A DNA stretch of 64,000 nt from Pirellulales bacterium (GTDB lineage: Bacteria; Planctomycetota; Planctomycetia; Pirellulales; JAEUIK01). The notes below the pieces were generated by a model that saw only the letters and a list, made by a program, of their open reading frames with translations, was not told the origin of the DNA and did no database searches. The stretch spans positions 3,378,764 to 3,442,763 of the forward strand of contig CBDDFU010000001.1 of the NCBI GenBank assembly GCA_965227275.1, read 5' to 3'. Below, in pieces: positions 8,213-18,694 of the stretch (positions are counted from its first letter, which is position 1; the number at the start of each line of letters is the position of its first letter). The translations under genes and the position numbers were made by a program.

Positions 8213-10513
8213 CTACCGGCTGTCGGTGAAGAAGGAATCCAGCGTATCACTCGAGGACAACGCATCGCGGGGTGGGCCGACCGTGGTTAGCAGTGCGTTG
8301 ATGTCGGCCTGAATCGTTCGCAGCATCCAGAAGGCAAATCCGAATCCGCCCAGGCCAACGACGCCAATCACCACTTGCACCCATTGCAGGGACTCGGGCA
8401 GATTTGCAATGGCGATCACCAGCATGGCCACGATGGGGACCGAAATGGAGAGGCCAAACTGAATCCAAACCCGTCGTTCCAGCGCCCGCAGCGCGTCGGC
8501 ATCTTCGGGCACGATGGAGTCAGCCCTTAGCAAATACGGATAAAACGATCGTACGCAGACCATGCTCATCAAGAAGAACGTGAGCGTTGCCGCGATCAAC
8601 CCACAGAGCACCTGCGACGTAAACAGGTGGAGATAGATATTCCAAGGTAAGCCTGCTGGCGAGGAAGTACCCCATTCCAGTCCCACGGGAATACCAACTC
8701 CGCTTGCGACCCACAAGACAATGACAATCCAGGACACGATATAGCCAATCGAAAGGCACCTTCTTCTTACCGCGGGTAAGCGGTTGCTATCGACGGTTCT
8801 TCCAAGTCGTAATTGCCAGATTGCCCGAATCACCGGCAGCGCCATACCCACCGCCAATGCCAGCCCCACACTATAGGCGGCCGTGTTCACCGAGCCGACC
8901 ATCACGCTCCAAAAAAAGTCGATCAATTTCTGATCATTAAGGAGTTCTTCGATCGCCTTCACATTGTACAAAATGTTGAAGATGCTCAGCGCGATGTTGG
9001 GGACCAACGCCGTTAAAGATAACGTGATTGCCGGGAAGATCCGCACGACTTGCCGCCACCCGAAACCTTTGGGTCGCAGCAATTGTTGCGCATGGGGCTG
9101 TAGACACAAAGAAAGCTGGCGTGCCAAATCGTCGGCCGACTTTGGCCGTTGCTCGATATCGGGTGACATGCAATCCAGCAACACGTCCTTCATGCCCGGC
9201 GGCAAATCGTCGGGCAGCATGTTCATGGATTCTTCGGGAACGCCCTTGCGGCGGCTATTCGTCATCGCGTCCAGCGTGGCAGTCCAGCCAATGCCGACTT
9301 CTTCGTCTTGAAAGGGCCGCTGCCCACAGAGAAGCTCCCACAGCATCACGCCCAGCGAGTAAATATCGGCCCGTTCGTCCAAATCGGCCGCTTCTCTGGA
9401 GTGCGTGGTGTTGCAGGCTTCCAACTGCTCGGGCGACATATACGCCAGGCTGCCCCCGAAGTATGCAGCGGGGGTGGCTCCATCGAGTTGAGAACTGAAG
9501 CTAATGTTGAAGTCGACCAGCTTGGGCGTGGCATCGGCGGCCAGCAGCACATTGGCCGGCTTGATGTCGCGATGCAGCACGCCTTTCTTGTGCGCGTAAC
9601 CCAACGCCGACGCCATGCGTACGGCCAGCCAGCAAACCGTCTCTGGCCAGCTGCTGCGCATCAGCCGAGCCCGGGTGGACGAAGACTCCGGCGGCGATTC
9701 TCCTCGCAAGTCGAGCGCCCGTTTCACGGCCTCGAAGAGGATTTCTCCCGAGCGTTCCGAGGGGGGCGTTTGCCGCACGACCTGCACCACGCGCTGCATA
9801 GTTCCGCCGGCCACGTATTGCATGTACAGTAAGCGAATCTTGCGGTCCGTGAGAATCCGCTGATCGTACACGCGAACAATGTGAGGATGATCGAGTTGGG
9901 CCAGGGTTTGCGGTTCGGTTCCACTATCGGCCGATACCTTCAAGGCGACCAACCGCTGCAAGGAATTCTGTCTGGCCAAATACACCGTGGCGAAGGCCCC
10001 CGAGCCCAGCTCGGCCAACAGATCGAAGTCGTCGAGTTGTTCCCCAACGTTTACTTTGGGAACCTTGCCGGCACCGAACATCGAGGTTGTCACGTTCGGC
10101 GTGTTCAACCCCATCAACTGTTTCAGTTCTTCCACCCGATCGGGAAACCGCTCGAAGTACTCTTCGGGGTCGGGCGGGTCGGCCAAGCTGCTGCGAACGT
10201 GGTACTCTTCGTAGATTAAGTCCGAAGGAATGCCTTCCGCCGAGCAGAGTTCCGGAAATTCTGCCGCGTACTCTTCAACCCTCCGCGGCAGGTCGTGTTT
10301 CTTCCAGCGGTATTCAAGGTCGACCTTGACCAACTCGACCAACGCCAGGTACCGCAAGTTGGGGGGGCTCTTCGGAAGAAATTCGGCCAACGCTGGCGGA
10401 CCGCCCAGGGCTTCCCAACCTTCGATCAACGCGTCGATCCGCTCGGCCAACAGATCCCACACCTTCGACGCATCGTCCAGGCGAACGGTCGGGTTCGAGT
10501 CCGAAATCGTCAC
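8213..10513 (-). CDS. Ser/Thr protein kinase with polytopic C-terminal membrane domain
   Basis: 766-aa ORF. Gly-loop LGSGAFATVYLARQ, LVALKV, HRDIKPANVLL, DFN (in place of DFG), YMSPEQ. The last ~290 aa contain about six hydrophobic helices. Confidence 0.85.
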   Translation of the reverse strand: MTISDSNPTVRLDDASKVWDLLAERIDALIEGWEALGGPPALAEFLPKSPPNLRYLALVELVKVDLEYRWKKHDLPRRVEEYAAEFPELCSAEGIPSDLIYEEYHVRSSLADPPDPEEYFERFPDRVEELKQLMGLNTPNVTTSMFGAGKVPKVNVGEQLDDFDLLAELGSGAFATVYLARQNSLQRLVALKVSADSGTEPQTLAQLDHPHIVRVYDQRILTDRKIRLLYMQYVAGGTMQRVVQVVRQTPPSERSGEILFEAVKRALDLRGESPPESSSTRARLMRSSWPETVCWLAVRMASALGYAHKKGVLHRDIKPANVLLAADATPKLVDFNISFSSQLDGATPAAYFGGSLAYMSPEQLEACNTTHSREAADLDERADIYSLGVMLWELLCGQRPFQDEEVGIGWTATLDAMTNSRRKGVPEESMNMLPDDLPPGMKDVLLDCMSPDIEQRPKSADDLARQLSLCLQPHAQQLLRPKGFGWRQVVRIFPAITLSLTALVPNIALSIFNILYNVKAIEELLNDQKLIDFFWSVMVGSVNTAAYSVGLALAVGMALPVIRAIWQLRLGRTVDSNRLPAVRRRCLSIGYIVSWIVIVLWVASGVGIPVGLEWGTSSPAGLPWNIYLHLFTSQVLCGLIAATLTFFLMSMVCVRSFYPYLLRADSIVPEDADALRALERRVWIQFGLSISVPIVAMLVIAIANLPESLQWVQVVIGVVGLGGFGFAFWMLRTIQADINALLTTVGPPRDALSSSDTLDSFFTDSR

Positions 10514-10859
10514 AAGGTTGTTCCTGAGAAGATGGGGAAGCCGACGAGGCTCAATCAGAACGAACTCGGATTCGTTCCGGGTATTTGATTCTCAAACATG
10601 CCGCTGCAATTTACAATCCTTCTACAGCGCCACCAAGTGAGGTCATGTATCAATCGTAGCGGAGAACGCGATTAGGTCTGCTGTTCGACGAAGAATTCGG
10701 CATCGAATCGCCCAAAAACCGCCTCAATCGCGCTTCTGAGACGGCGGCGAACCCATGAATTACAAGCGATACTTTGGTGTTGGCTGAAACGTTCCTCGCA
10801 TTCTTGCGCTGGTTGTACTTAGGGTGGCTCGAAACGTAATTGACTTGCAGGAACCGATC

Positions 10860-11471
10860 ATGTCTGAATCCACTGATGCATTGGAAAACCGCGTGCGAGA
10901 AGGAGATGCGGAGGCGCTGGGGAAGTACATCTCCCAGCGGCAACCTCAACTCCTGGCGTACATCAATCGCCAGTTGGGTTCCGGGCTGCGAAGCAAAGTC
11001 GAGCCCGAGGACATTTTGCAGGAAGCCAGCGCCGAGGCGGTGCGATCGCTGGGAGCCATCGATCTATCGGAGCGTGATCCCTTCGGGTGGCTTTGCCAGG
11101 TTGCCCAACGAAGAATCATCGATGCGCATCGGCGATTGTTCGGCGCGCAAAAACGTTCCGCCGCGCGAGAAGTTCCGATCGATGCCCGCTCGGGCGACGA
11201 TAGCCGCGGAGGAATGATCAACCTGTTGGTCGCCAGCATGACCACGGCCAGCAAGGCCTTCTCTCGAAATCAGCGAGAGATGAAACTGATGACCGCACTG
11301 GAAAAACTTCCAGAGGAACAGCGCGAGGCGCTGCGTCTGCGATACGTGGAAGGTCTGCAATCGAAGGAGATCGCCGAGCGAATCGGCAAAAGCGACGGCG
11401 CCGTACGGGTCATGCTCTCGCGATCGTTGAGCAAGCTGCAGACGATTTTGGGGCCTGAACTGGAACGCTAA
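10860..11471 (+). CDS. ECF-type RNA polymerase sigma factor (sigma-70 family)
   Basis: 203 aa from ATG 10860. Region 2 (PEDILQEASAEAV...DPFGWLCQVAQRRIIDAHRR) and region 4 HTH (LPEEQREALRLRYVEGLQSKEIAERIGKSDGAVRVMLSRSLSKLQ). Confidence 0.85.
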   Translation: MSESTDALENRVREGDAEALGKYISQRQPQLLAYINRQLGSGLRSKVEPEDILQEASAEAVRSLGAIDLSERDPFGWLCQVAQRRIIDAHRRLFGAQKRSAAREVPIDARSGDDSRGGMINLLVASMTTASKAFSRNQREMKLMTALEKLPEEQREALRLRYVEGLQSKEIAERIGKSDGAVRVMLSRSLSKLQTILGPELER

Positions 11472-11751
11472 CCACCAGTTTGCTCGCTATGCGATCAGGC
11501 CGGTTTTTCGACTGTCTGGTTTGTAGACTGCCTTGTGCCATTATTCACAATGGTTTTTCGCCAACCTGCTTTCAGGCCGCAAACAATTCTGGCGTCAAGG
11601 GGTTACAGCGATTTTCCCCAAGATCGTTAGATCCAATTTTCTCCCCGCCGTGTTCATAATCGTGGCATATGGCGCGAATCTAGCCTATGAATTTAGATAG
11701 GGACAGAGAACCCTATCTTTTCTCATGTGGGCATTCGCCTTGAGGTGTGTC

Positions 11752-12192
11752 ATGAAGAATCTAGGCACTTACTTTTGCAGCATGGTCATCGGTGTTGCTT
11801 CAGCATGGATCGCAACGACGATGCTCGTAACACCCGTGACCCCCGAGCCCGTTGCGGCGGTTTCCGAAGAGCCGGAGGTGACGGAAGAACTTGCGGTCTT
11901 CGAGGACGGCACCGAAGTTCTCGACGAACTAACGTTGCATACCGGTGATACGTTCTGGGGATTGCACTTCGACGGGATGCTGCCTTGCTCGAAGATGTTG
12001 GTTCGTGGGGGCGGTCACATCGTCAACTTCTCGTTGCTCGAAGACCCCTATCGCCATTCGCACTTTCACGTGCGAGGGACGCGATCCGTAAACGTTTACG
12101 ATCGTCCGTTCACGGTTGAAGTGTTGGGCGACGATGAAATCCGCGTCTCGCGGGTACCTGCCGAGAGCGTTGCCGCAGCGATTGGCGATTGA
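11752..12192 (+). CDS. Hypothetical protein with N-terminal membrane anchor/signal
   Basis: 146 aa from ATG 11752 (MKNLGTYFCSMVIGVASAWIATTML...). No recognisable domain. Coding status rests on ORF length and the hydrophobic N-terminus only. Confidence 0.4.
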   Translation: MKNLGTYFCSMVIGVASAWIATTMLVTPVTPEPVAAVSEEPEVTEELAVFEDGTEVLDELTLHTGDTFWGLHFDGMLPCSKMLVRGGGHIVNFSLLEDPYRHSHFHVRGTRSVNVYDRPFTVEVLGDDEIRVSRVPAESVAAAIGD

Positions 12193-12222
12193 GCCGCCTG
12201 TCTTGGTCGCGTCTCGCCAGAT

Positions 12223-13200
12223 TTACCAGTGCAGCACGACTTTGCCGACGGCTTTGCGGGATGTTAAATGCTGCATCGCCTCGGCAACCTGCTGCATAGG
12301 GTAACGAGCTCCGATCACCGGCTTCAACGCACCTCGGTTGTAGATTTCGACCAGTTCGCTCCAGCCTTGCTGGATCTTCGCCGGGTTCATCTGCCGGTAG
12401 TAACCGAAGTGCAGCCCGACCACGCTGTAGTTTTTTACCAGAATGTGGTTCGAGCGGAAATTGGTGAAGTCGCCACTCGTGAAGCCGATGATGACGATGC
12501 GGCCTTCGAACGCAATGCACTTCGTGCTTCGTTCGGCGACCTGTCCGCCGACTGGGTCGAAGATGATGTCGGCCCCGCGTCCTTCGGTTTCCTGCTTGAC
12601 GATGTCGACGAAATCTTCGGTCGTGTAGTTGATCGCCACGTCGGCCCCGGCCGATTTGACGACGTCGAGCTTATCATCGGAACCGGCCGTGCCGATCACT
12701 TTGCTGGCCCCCAGAGCCTTGGCCAATTGCACGGCCGCCAGCCCCACCCCGCCGGCAGCCGAATGGACCAGAACCGTTTCGCCGGGGACCAACTGACCGC
12801 GGTAGGCCAACGCAAAGTACGAGGTTTGATAAACCAGGGGGAACGCTGCCGCCTCGTCATCGCTCATCCCTTCCGGTACGGATCGGACCGAGACCGTCGG
12901 GGCAACCGCATACTCGGCGAAGGCTCCCATGGGAGATTGCGCCAACACACGCTGCCCGATTTCGAAGCCGGTTACACCAGGGCCCAGCGCTTCCACGGTG
13001 CCACACAATTCAAGACCCGGCGTGAAGGGCAGCGGGGGCTGCACCTGGTACTTGCCCGCGATCATTAGTACGTCGGGAAAGTTTAAGGCCGCCGTGTTGA
13101 CCTTGATCAGCACTTCGTCTTGGGCCGCCGTCGGTTTCTCGACTTCGTCGATCGTCAGGCCCGAGGGCTCACACAGTTCGTGGCAGCAAACAGCCTTCAT
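12223..13200 (-). CDS. NADPH:quinone oxidoreductase / zinc-type alcohol dehydrogenase superfamily (MDR) protein
   Basis: 325-aa ORF. Qor-like N-terminus (EVLIKVNTAALNFPDVLMIAGKYQ) and cofactor-binding HSAAGGVGLAAVQLAKALGA. Confidence 0.85.
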   Translation of the reverse strand: MKAVCCHELCEPSGLTIDEVEKPTAAQDEVLIKVNTAALNFPDVLMIAGKYQVQPPLPFTPGLELCGTVEALGPGVTGFEIGQRVLAQSPMGAFAEYAVAPTVSVRSVPEGMSDDEAAAFPLVYQTSYFALAYRGQLVPGETVLVHSAAGGVGLAAVQLAKALGASKVIGTAGSDDKLDVVKSAGADVAINYTTEDFVDIVKQETEGRGADIIFDPVGGQVAERSTKCIAFEGRIVIIGFTSGDFTNFRSNHILVKNYSVVGLHFGYYRQMNPAKIQQGWSELVEIYNRGALKPVIGARYPMQQVAEAMQHLTSRKAVGKVVLHW

Positions 13201-13349
13201 GCGAGGCGCTCCGTGGTTGAGTTCTCGTTCACAGTGAAATCGATCGCGGTTGCATCCGCGCTGCCGGGGGAGATCGTGCGAAGCACGTCTCGCCTGCGGC
13301 GAACGCCGGTGCGGGAGAAGAGTTTACCGCGCCGATGCTGTCGGGGGTA

Positions 13350-14816
13350 TCAGGCGAGAATTTCGTGGACGATGCGTCCCTCGACATCGGTCAGGCGGAA
13401 ATCGCGACCCTGGAAACGGTACGTAAGCCGCTCGTGGTCGATGCCCAGGCAGTGCAGGATCGTGGCATTCATGTCGTGAATGTGCACGGGATCGCGGACC
13501 ACGTTGTAGCTGAAATCGTCGGTCTCGCCGTGGGTGATGCCCGGTTTCACTCCGCCGCCGGCCATCCACATGGTATAGCAGCGTGGGTGGTGATCGCGTC
13601 CATATTGCGTCTTCGTGAGTTTACCCTGGCAGTAGATGGTGCGACCGAACTCGCCGCCCCAAATCACCAGCGTATCGTCGAGCATTCCGCGTTGCTTCAA
13701 ATCGTTGATCAACGCCGCGCACGGTTGGTCGACGTCGCCACACTGCAAACGAATATCGTTGGGCAGATTGCCGTGTTGATCCCAACCACGAATAAAGACC
13801 TGCACGAAACGTACATCCCGTTCGGCTAGTCGTCGAGCCATCAGGCAGTTGGCCGCAAACGTGCCGGGCGTTTTTACGTCGGGGCCGTACATGTCAAGCA
13901 CATGCTGCGGTTCGTCGGAAATATCCGTCAGTTCCGGCACCGAGGTCTGCATGCGGTAGGCCATTTCGTACTGCGAGATGCGGGTATTGATTTCGGGGTC
14001 GCCCACCTGCTCTTGCTTTTTACGATTCAGCTCGGCCAGCGCGTCGAGCATGCGGCGTCTTGTCGACGAATCGACACCGTCGGGGTTGGAAAGGTAAAGC
14101 ACCGGGTCGCCGTTGGAACGCAGCGAGACGCCCTGGTGTTTCGAAGGCAGCCACCCGGCGCCCCACAAACGCGAGTACAGCGCTTGGGCGTCGCGTTTGG
14201 CCGACCAGGTGGAGTGCAACACAACGAATTCGGGCAAGTCGCGGTTGGCGCTGCCCAGCCCGTACGAGAGCCACGCACCAAGGCTGGGTCGCCCCGGCTG
14301 TTGCGAACCGGTCTGGATATAGGTGATGGCCGGGTCGTGATTGATGGCCTCGGTGTTAACGGTTTTGATAATCGCGATGTCGTTAGCGATGGTTGCCGTA
14401 TGGGGTAGCAGTTCGCTAATCCACGCACCTTGTTCCCCATGCTGGGCGAACTTGAACATCGACGGCGCGATCGGCAGCCGGGCCTGCCCCGAAGTCATGG
14501 TCGTGATCCGCTGGCCCGAGCGAATCGAATCGGGCAGATCTTTGTCGAACATGTCGACCATCTTCGGCTTGTAGTCGTACATGTCCAACTGCGACGGAGC
14601 GCCGGACATGAACAGGTAAATCACCCGCTTGGCCGTGGGCGTGAAATGCGGCTGTCCCAGCACTCCCTGATCGCCGGGGACCGGTTCAGCTCGTTCGGCC
14701 CCAAACAGTTGAGGGTTGAGCAAAGAAGCCAGGGCGGCGGTGCCGATTCCTGTGGCCGCTCGACCGAAGAAGTGGCGGCGTGTTTCCAACAAAGCGTGTT
14801 CTCGTCCGAGATTCAT
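13350..14816 (-). CDS. DUF1501 domain protein, Tat-type signal
   Basis: 488-aa [46 protein letters not shown]. Ends ...VHEILA like its paralog at 6227-7681 (...IKEILA). Confidence 0.85.
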   Translation of the reverse strand: MNLGREHALLETRRHFFGRAATGIGTAALASLLNPQLFGAERAEPVPGDQGVLGQPHFTPTAKRVIYLFMSGAPSQLDMYDYKPKMVDMFDKDLPDSIRSGQRITTMTSGQARLPIAPSMFKFAQHGEQGAWISELLPHTATIANDIAIIKTVNTEAINHDPAITYIQTGSQQPGRPSLGAWLSYGLGSANRDLPEFVVLHSTWSAKRDAQALYSRLWGAGWLPSKHQGVSLRSNGDPVLYLSNPDGVDSSTRRRMLDALAELNRKKQEQVGDPEINTRISQYEMAYRMQTSVPELTDISDEPQHVLDMYGPDVKTPGTFAANCLMARRLAERDVRFVQVFIRGWDQHGNLPNDIRLQCGDVDQPCAALINDLKQRGMLDDTLVIWGGEFGRTIYCQGKLTKTQYGRDHHPRCYTMWMAGGGVKPGITHGETDDFSYNVVRDPVHIHDMNATILHCLGIDHERLTYRFQGRDFRLTDVEGRIVHEILA

Positions 14817-14880
14817 CGCTTCAACCCTCGAAGGTTTTTTGGTGTTGCTTCTTGGAGAGTGCCAGAGCTGGCCGCAGGGG

Positions 14881-17800
14881 CTAGCCCTTGGTAATCGTTT
14901 CGTCCAGGTTCAGGATCAGGTTGGCGACCATGGTCCAGGCGGCCAGCTCCTTCACATTGAGCGTGCCGTCGCGGGTAGCCTCACCCATTTCAACCAGGCG
15001 ACCAGCGGCCAGCGGTTTCTTTTCGTACTCGGCCAGGTGATCGCGGTAGGCCGCTTCCATCACCGCAACCTCCGCTTCATCGGGCAGCCTGGATGTGGCC
15101 AGGCGGAAGCCGTAACGAATACGAGAGGCCGTGTCTTCCCCGCCTTCGTTCATCATGCGTTCGGCCAGACAACGGGCGGCCTCAACAAACTGAACGTCGT
15201 TCATCAACAGTAAGGCTTGCAGGGGAGTGTTCGTTCGAGCACGTCGAACCGTGCACGATTCGCGATCGGGGGCATCCAGCGTCTGCATTGCCGGCGGGGG
15301 TGCCGTGCGTTTGAGGAACGTATACATACTGCGACGATAGAGGGCGTCGCCATTGTCTCGCTTGAAGTTGGCCGTATTGCTCGAGGTGTAACCCACGGCC
15401 TTCCAAATGCCCGCGGGTTGATAGGGCTTCACACTGGGGCCGCCAATGTCGGTGACCAGCAAGCCCGAAGCTGCCAAGGCGTTGTCGCGAATCATCTCGG
15501 CGTCCATGCGATAGCGAGGACCACGAGACAAGAGCCGGTTCTGCGGGTCCTTCTCCAGCAACTCCGGAGTGACTTTGGAAGATTGGCGGTAGGTGGCCGA
15601 GGTGACGATCATGCGCTGGAAGGCCTTGATATCCCAACCGGTCTCGATGAACGTGGTGGCCAGCCAGTCCAACAGCAACGGGTGCGATGGCCACTCGCCC
15701 TGTGCTCCGAAGTCTTCTGGAGTGCGCACGATTCCGTACCCGAAGTAACGCTGCCAAAAGCGGTTCACTGTTACTCGGGAAGTTAGCGGATGTCCGGGGT
15801 CCACCAACCACATGGCCAGCCCCAAGCGGTTGGCAGGTGCACCTTCAGGCATCGGCGGAAGGCTTTTCGGAACATCCGGGGCGACTTCAATGTCGCTTGG
15901 TTGGTCGTATTGGCCGCGAATCAAAACATAAGCTGGGCGACGCTCCGGCATGTCCTGCATGATCATCGACGTAGGAGCCAGGGCGAGGATGTCTTCGCGC
16001 TGTTTGCGAACCTGCGTTGCTTGCTCGTTGGCGGCTTGCCAGTCGGAAGCGAACGTGCTGCGATAGAAATCGGATATCGTCTCGATTTGTTCGTTCGACC
16101 GGGTCTCTCGGGGGGAGGAAAGGATCATCGCAATATTCAGTGGCAGTTCCCCAGACCGCTCTTCCAGCGTCTGGCAGACAAATGAGTAGGCTCCCGCGTA
16201 GTTCACCACTTTCACCAGCAAATCGTTCTTGCCGGGTTGCAGATCGAGCACCACGCGGTCTTGGTTGGGGGCAGCGCCACGCTGCACGTCGCGATCGAGC
16301 ACCAAATTCGAATTGAGCCACACCTTCAAGCCGTCGTCACTACCCATGCCGAGCGTGACTTGTCGTGCCTCCAGTGTCTCGATCGTGCGATGGAAATACG
16401 TGGCCGCGTTCTCACTTTCCAGCGAAACGACCTCGCCCTCCTTCACATCTCCGCGCGAGTTCCACTTCAACTGATCGTCGTTGTAGGTTTGATCGAGATG
16501 CACGCTTTCTTCGGGCGGAAACGCCTGGGCGTAGGCTTCACTGCCACTGGCGGCCGAGAAGGGCCCAATGCTGCTCCACGTTCCAAATCGCGTGGGCGCC
16601 AGCACGGCGTTGTCGGAAACCGAGAGGCGAAAGCGGCCAATGTTGTGTTGCGAAAACTGCGACTCGTGCCGCATGCGGATACGAAGCTGCGCGCCGCTGG
16701 GCATGTTCAGCGGTTCGGCCAGATAGAACACGGCCGTTCCGTTGGCGTGCCGCTCGTGGCCCGCCACGGCCCAACCATTGCTCGGGCCGACCTGCCCATC
16801 GATGGCCTGGGCGACTTCATACGTGGGTTGCGAGTAATCGGCCACTGCCGAAGCGAACTTCAACGGCACGACCGTTTCCAGGTTGTCCAACGGTGAAGCC
16901 TCGACTTCGATTTCGCTCAGCACGAAGTTCGCGTTTGGCGAACGCCCCGGGCCGGAATTCGGGAGGCCTTCATGGGTGAATGCCTCGAGCCGCAAGGCGA
17001 CGATCCCCTGGGCGTCGGTTTGAGTAACGAATTCGTAGGTGTCCTGGCTGGCATTGGTGCCCTCGACCAACAGGGTCGCATCGTCCAACCGACGAAGGGT
17101 GGCGCCGCCGGTTGACGTCGTCTCGGTCGGATTCAGAACGTCCCAAGTGGACAACAGTTTCTGCGACCAGTCCGATTCCCAAACCTGCTGGGCCGCATCG
17201 ACCTCGGGACGTAGCTCGGCAAGCTGGGCTTCGATTCCTGCGATCTGCGTGTCCAATTCAGCAAGTTGTGCCGCCTGTTCGGTCGAAGGGACTCGAATGG
17301 TCGGCGGAGGGTCGGGCTTGTTTCCGTCCATCGCCCTTTCGGTCAGGCTATTGAAAAACGCGAACATGCTGTAGAAGTCGCGCATCGTCAACGGGTCGAA
17401 CTTGTGGTCGTGGCAAACGGCACATCCGGCGGCCAATCCCAACCATACGGTCGACGTGGTTTCTACACGGTCGACTGCATAGCGAACCAGATACTCGGCA
17501 TCGATCGAGCCGCCTTCGCTCGTGCTAACGTTGCAGCGATTGAACCCGGTGGCTACCAATTGATCTAACGACGGTTCAGGCAACAGGTCGCCGGCCAACT
17601 GCTCAATGGTGAAGGTGTCAAATCGCTTGTTCTCGTTGAACGCATTGATGACCCAATCGCGATACGGCCACATGACCCGCATGTTGTCCAAGTGCAAACC
17701 ATGCGTATCGCCATAGCGGGCCGCATCGAGCCAGTAGCGGGCCATCTGTTCGCCGTAGTGAGGCGAACCGAGCAGTCGATCGACCAGGGTCTCGTATGCC

Positions 17801-18438
17801 TTGTCGCTGGTGTCTGCCAGGAAGGTTTCAATTTCTTGAATCGTAGGTGGCAACCCGGTCAGGTCGAATGTCACTCGGCGAATCAACTCGACTTTGCCGG
17901 CCTCTTCCGAGGGACTCAAACCCGCTTCTTGTAGCTGAGCGTACACAAAGTGATCGATGGGGTTCTTGGCCCATCCTTCACCTACAGTCGGAACTCGCGG
18001 CCGTTGTGGCGAGATGAACGACCAATGCCCCTCCCAAGCCGCACCCTGTTCGATCCATTGTCTTAGTAACGCCTTTTCCTCTGCAGTGAGTTGCCGCTCG
18101 CTGTCGACGGGGGGCATCTGCATGTATTCGTCTTCGGCATCAATCCGCGCGATCAGCTCGCTTGTCTCGGGTGACCCCGGGACGATAGCCCGCGAACCCG
18201 ATTCAAGTTCAGCCAGCGCATCTTCTTCCACGTCGAAGCGTAGGCCCGCTTCGCGCTTCTCTCCATCGGGACCGTGGCAGGCGTAGCACTTATCGGAAAG
18301 GATCGGGCGGATGTCGCGATTGAAGTTGATCGCCTGATCGGGGGCTGCATCTTCCGCGTAGACCGCTGCTGCGCAGGAAGTGAGTATCAGGAAAAGAGCA
18401 ACACCGAGGTTGCGTACGACTGAAGTCCCGCTCATCAA
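14881..18438 (-). CDS. PSCyt / DUF1549 / DUF1553 protein with large central insertion
   Basis: 1185-aa ORF. Signal peptide, [31 protein letters not shown], and DUF1553-type C-terminus (...[14 protein letters not shown]). About 450 extra aa lie between the DUF1549 and DUF1553 parts, including a beta-sandwich-like module. Confidence 0.85.
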   Translation of the reverse strand: MMSGTSVVRNLGVALFLILTSCAAAVYAEDAAPDQAINFNRDIRPILSDKCYACHGPDGEKREAGLRFDVEEDALAELESGSRAIVPGSPETSELIARIDAEDEYMQMPPVDSERQLTAEEKALLRQWIEQGAAWEGHWSFISPQRPRVPTVGEGWAKNPIDHFVYAQLQEAGLSPSEEAGKVELIRRVTFDLTGLPPTIQEIETFLADTSDKAYETLVDRLLGSPHYGEQMARYWLDAARYGDTHGLHLDNMRVMWPYRDWVINAFNENKRFDTFTIEQLAGDLLPEPSLDQLVATGFNRCNVSTSEGGSIDAEYLVRYAVDRVETTSTVWLGLAAGCAVCHDHKFDPLTMRDFYSMFAFFNSLTERAMDGNKPDPPPTIRVPSTEQAAQLAELDTQIAGIEAQLAELRPEVDAAQQVWESDWSQKLLSTWDVLNPTETTSTGGATLRRLDDATLLVEGTNASQDTYEFVTQTDAQGIVALRLEAFTHEGLPNSGPGRSPNANFVLSEIEVEASPLDNLETVVPLKFASAVADYSQPTYEVAQAIDGQVGPSNGWAVAGHERHANGTAVFYLAEPLNMPSGAQLRIRMRHESQFSQHNIGRFRLSVSDNAVLAPTRFGTWSSIGPFSAASGSEAYAQAFPPEESVHLDQTYNDDQLKWNSRGDVKEGEVVSLESENAATYFHRTIETLEARQVTLGMGSDDGLKVWLNSNLVLDRDVQRGAAPNQDRVVLDLQPGKNDLLVKVVNYAGAYSFVCQTLEERSGELPLNIAMILSSPRETRSNEQIETISDFYRSTFASDWQAANEQATQVRKQREDILALAPTSMIMQDMPERRPAYVLIRGQYDQPSDIEVAPDVPKSLPPMPEGAPANRLGLAMWLVDPGHPLTSRVTVNRFWQRYFGYGIVRTPEDFGAQGEWPSHPLLLDWLATTFIETGWDIKAFQRMIVTSATYRQSSKVTPELLEKDPQNRLLSRGPRYRMDAEMIRDNALAASGLLVTDIGGPSVKPYQPAGIWKAVGYTSSNTANFKRDNGDALYRRSMYTFLKRTAPPPAMQTLDAPDRESCTVRRARTNTPLQALLLMNDVQFVEAARCLAERMMNEGGEDTASRIRYGFRLATSRLPDEAEVAVMEAAYRDHLAEYEKKPLAAGRLVEMGEATRDGTLNVKELAAWTMVANLILNLDETITKG

Positions 18439-18694
18439 GAAGGCTCCGTCAAACGGGGGGTGATTGAGAGTGGCGCATCCACAATTCGATGCTACTCAAG
18501 TCTAAGGTGGGATGCCCTACATCGTACCGCGACTCGAGCCCATTCGTCCAGAATTCGTAGCTAATTTTTGGGGGAAAGTGTGGTATTGATCCCATGAACG
18601 ACGCGAACTGCATGATTGCACAGATTCTCAGCGTCCGACCGGCCTATTCCTGCGGTTCTGGTTTCGATGTGCGAGGACCATATCGCGATGCCGC

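Noticed and set aside
7742-8229. Short ORFs overlapping the tandem repeat: a 47-aa ORF at 7742-7885 by my own translation, plus track ORFs 7930-8229 (+) and 7860-8150 (-).
   Set aside because: The reading frames are not conserved between the two repeat copies (stop in copy A versus sense codon in copy B). The conserved features are hairpins, so I treat the region as non-coding repeat DNA.
10492-10502. GGTTCGAGTCC, a tRNA T-loop-like string.
   Set aside because: The flanking bases do not form a T-stem or an acceptor stem, and the site lies inside the N-terminal coding region of the kinase. No tRNA could be folded anywhere in the window by eye.
11695-12192. Perfect 8-bp inverted repeat AGATAGGG-N8-CCCTATCT (11695-11718) followed by a small membrane-anchored ORF, considered as a terminator plus anti-sigma factor for the ECF sigma.
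   Set aside because: The ORF has essentially no cytoplasmic N-terminal domain to bind a sigma factor and lies 250 nt downstream. The hairpin has only a weak T-tract and abuts the ORF start. Function undetermined, so not called.
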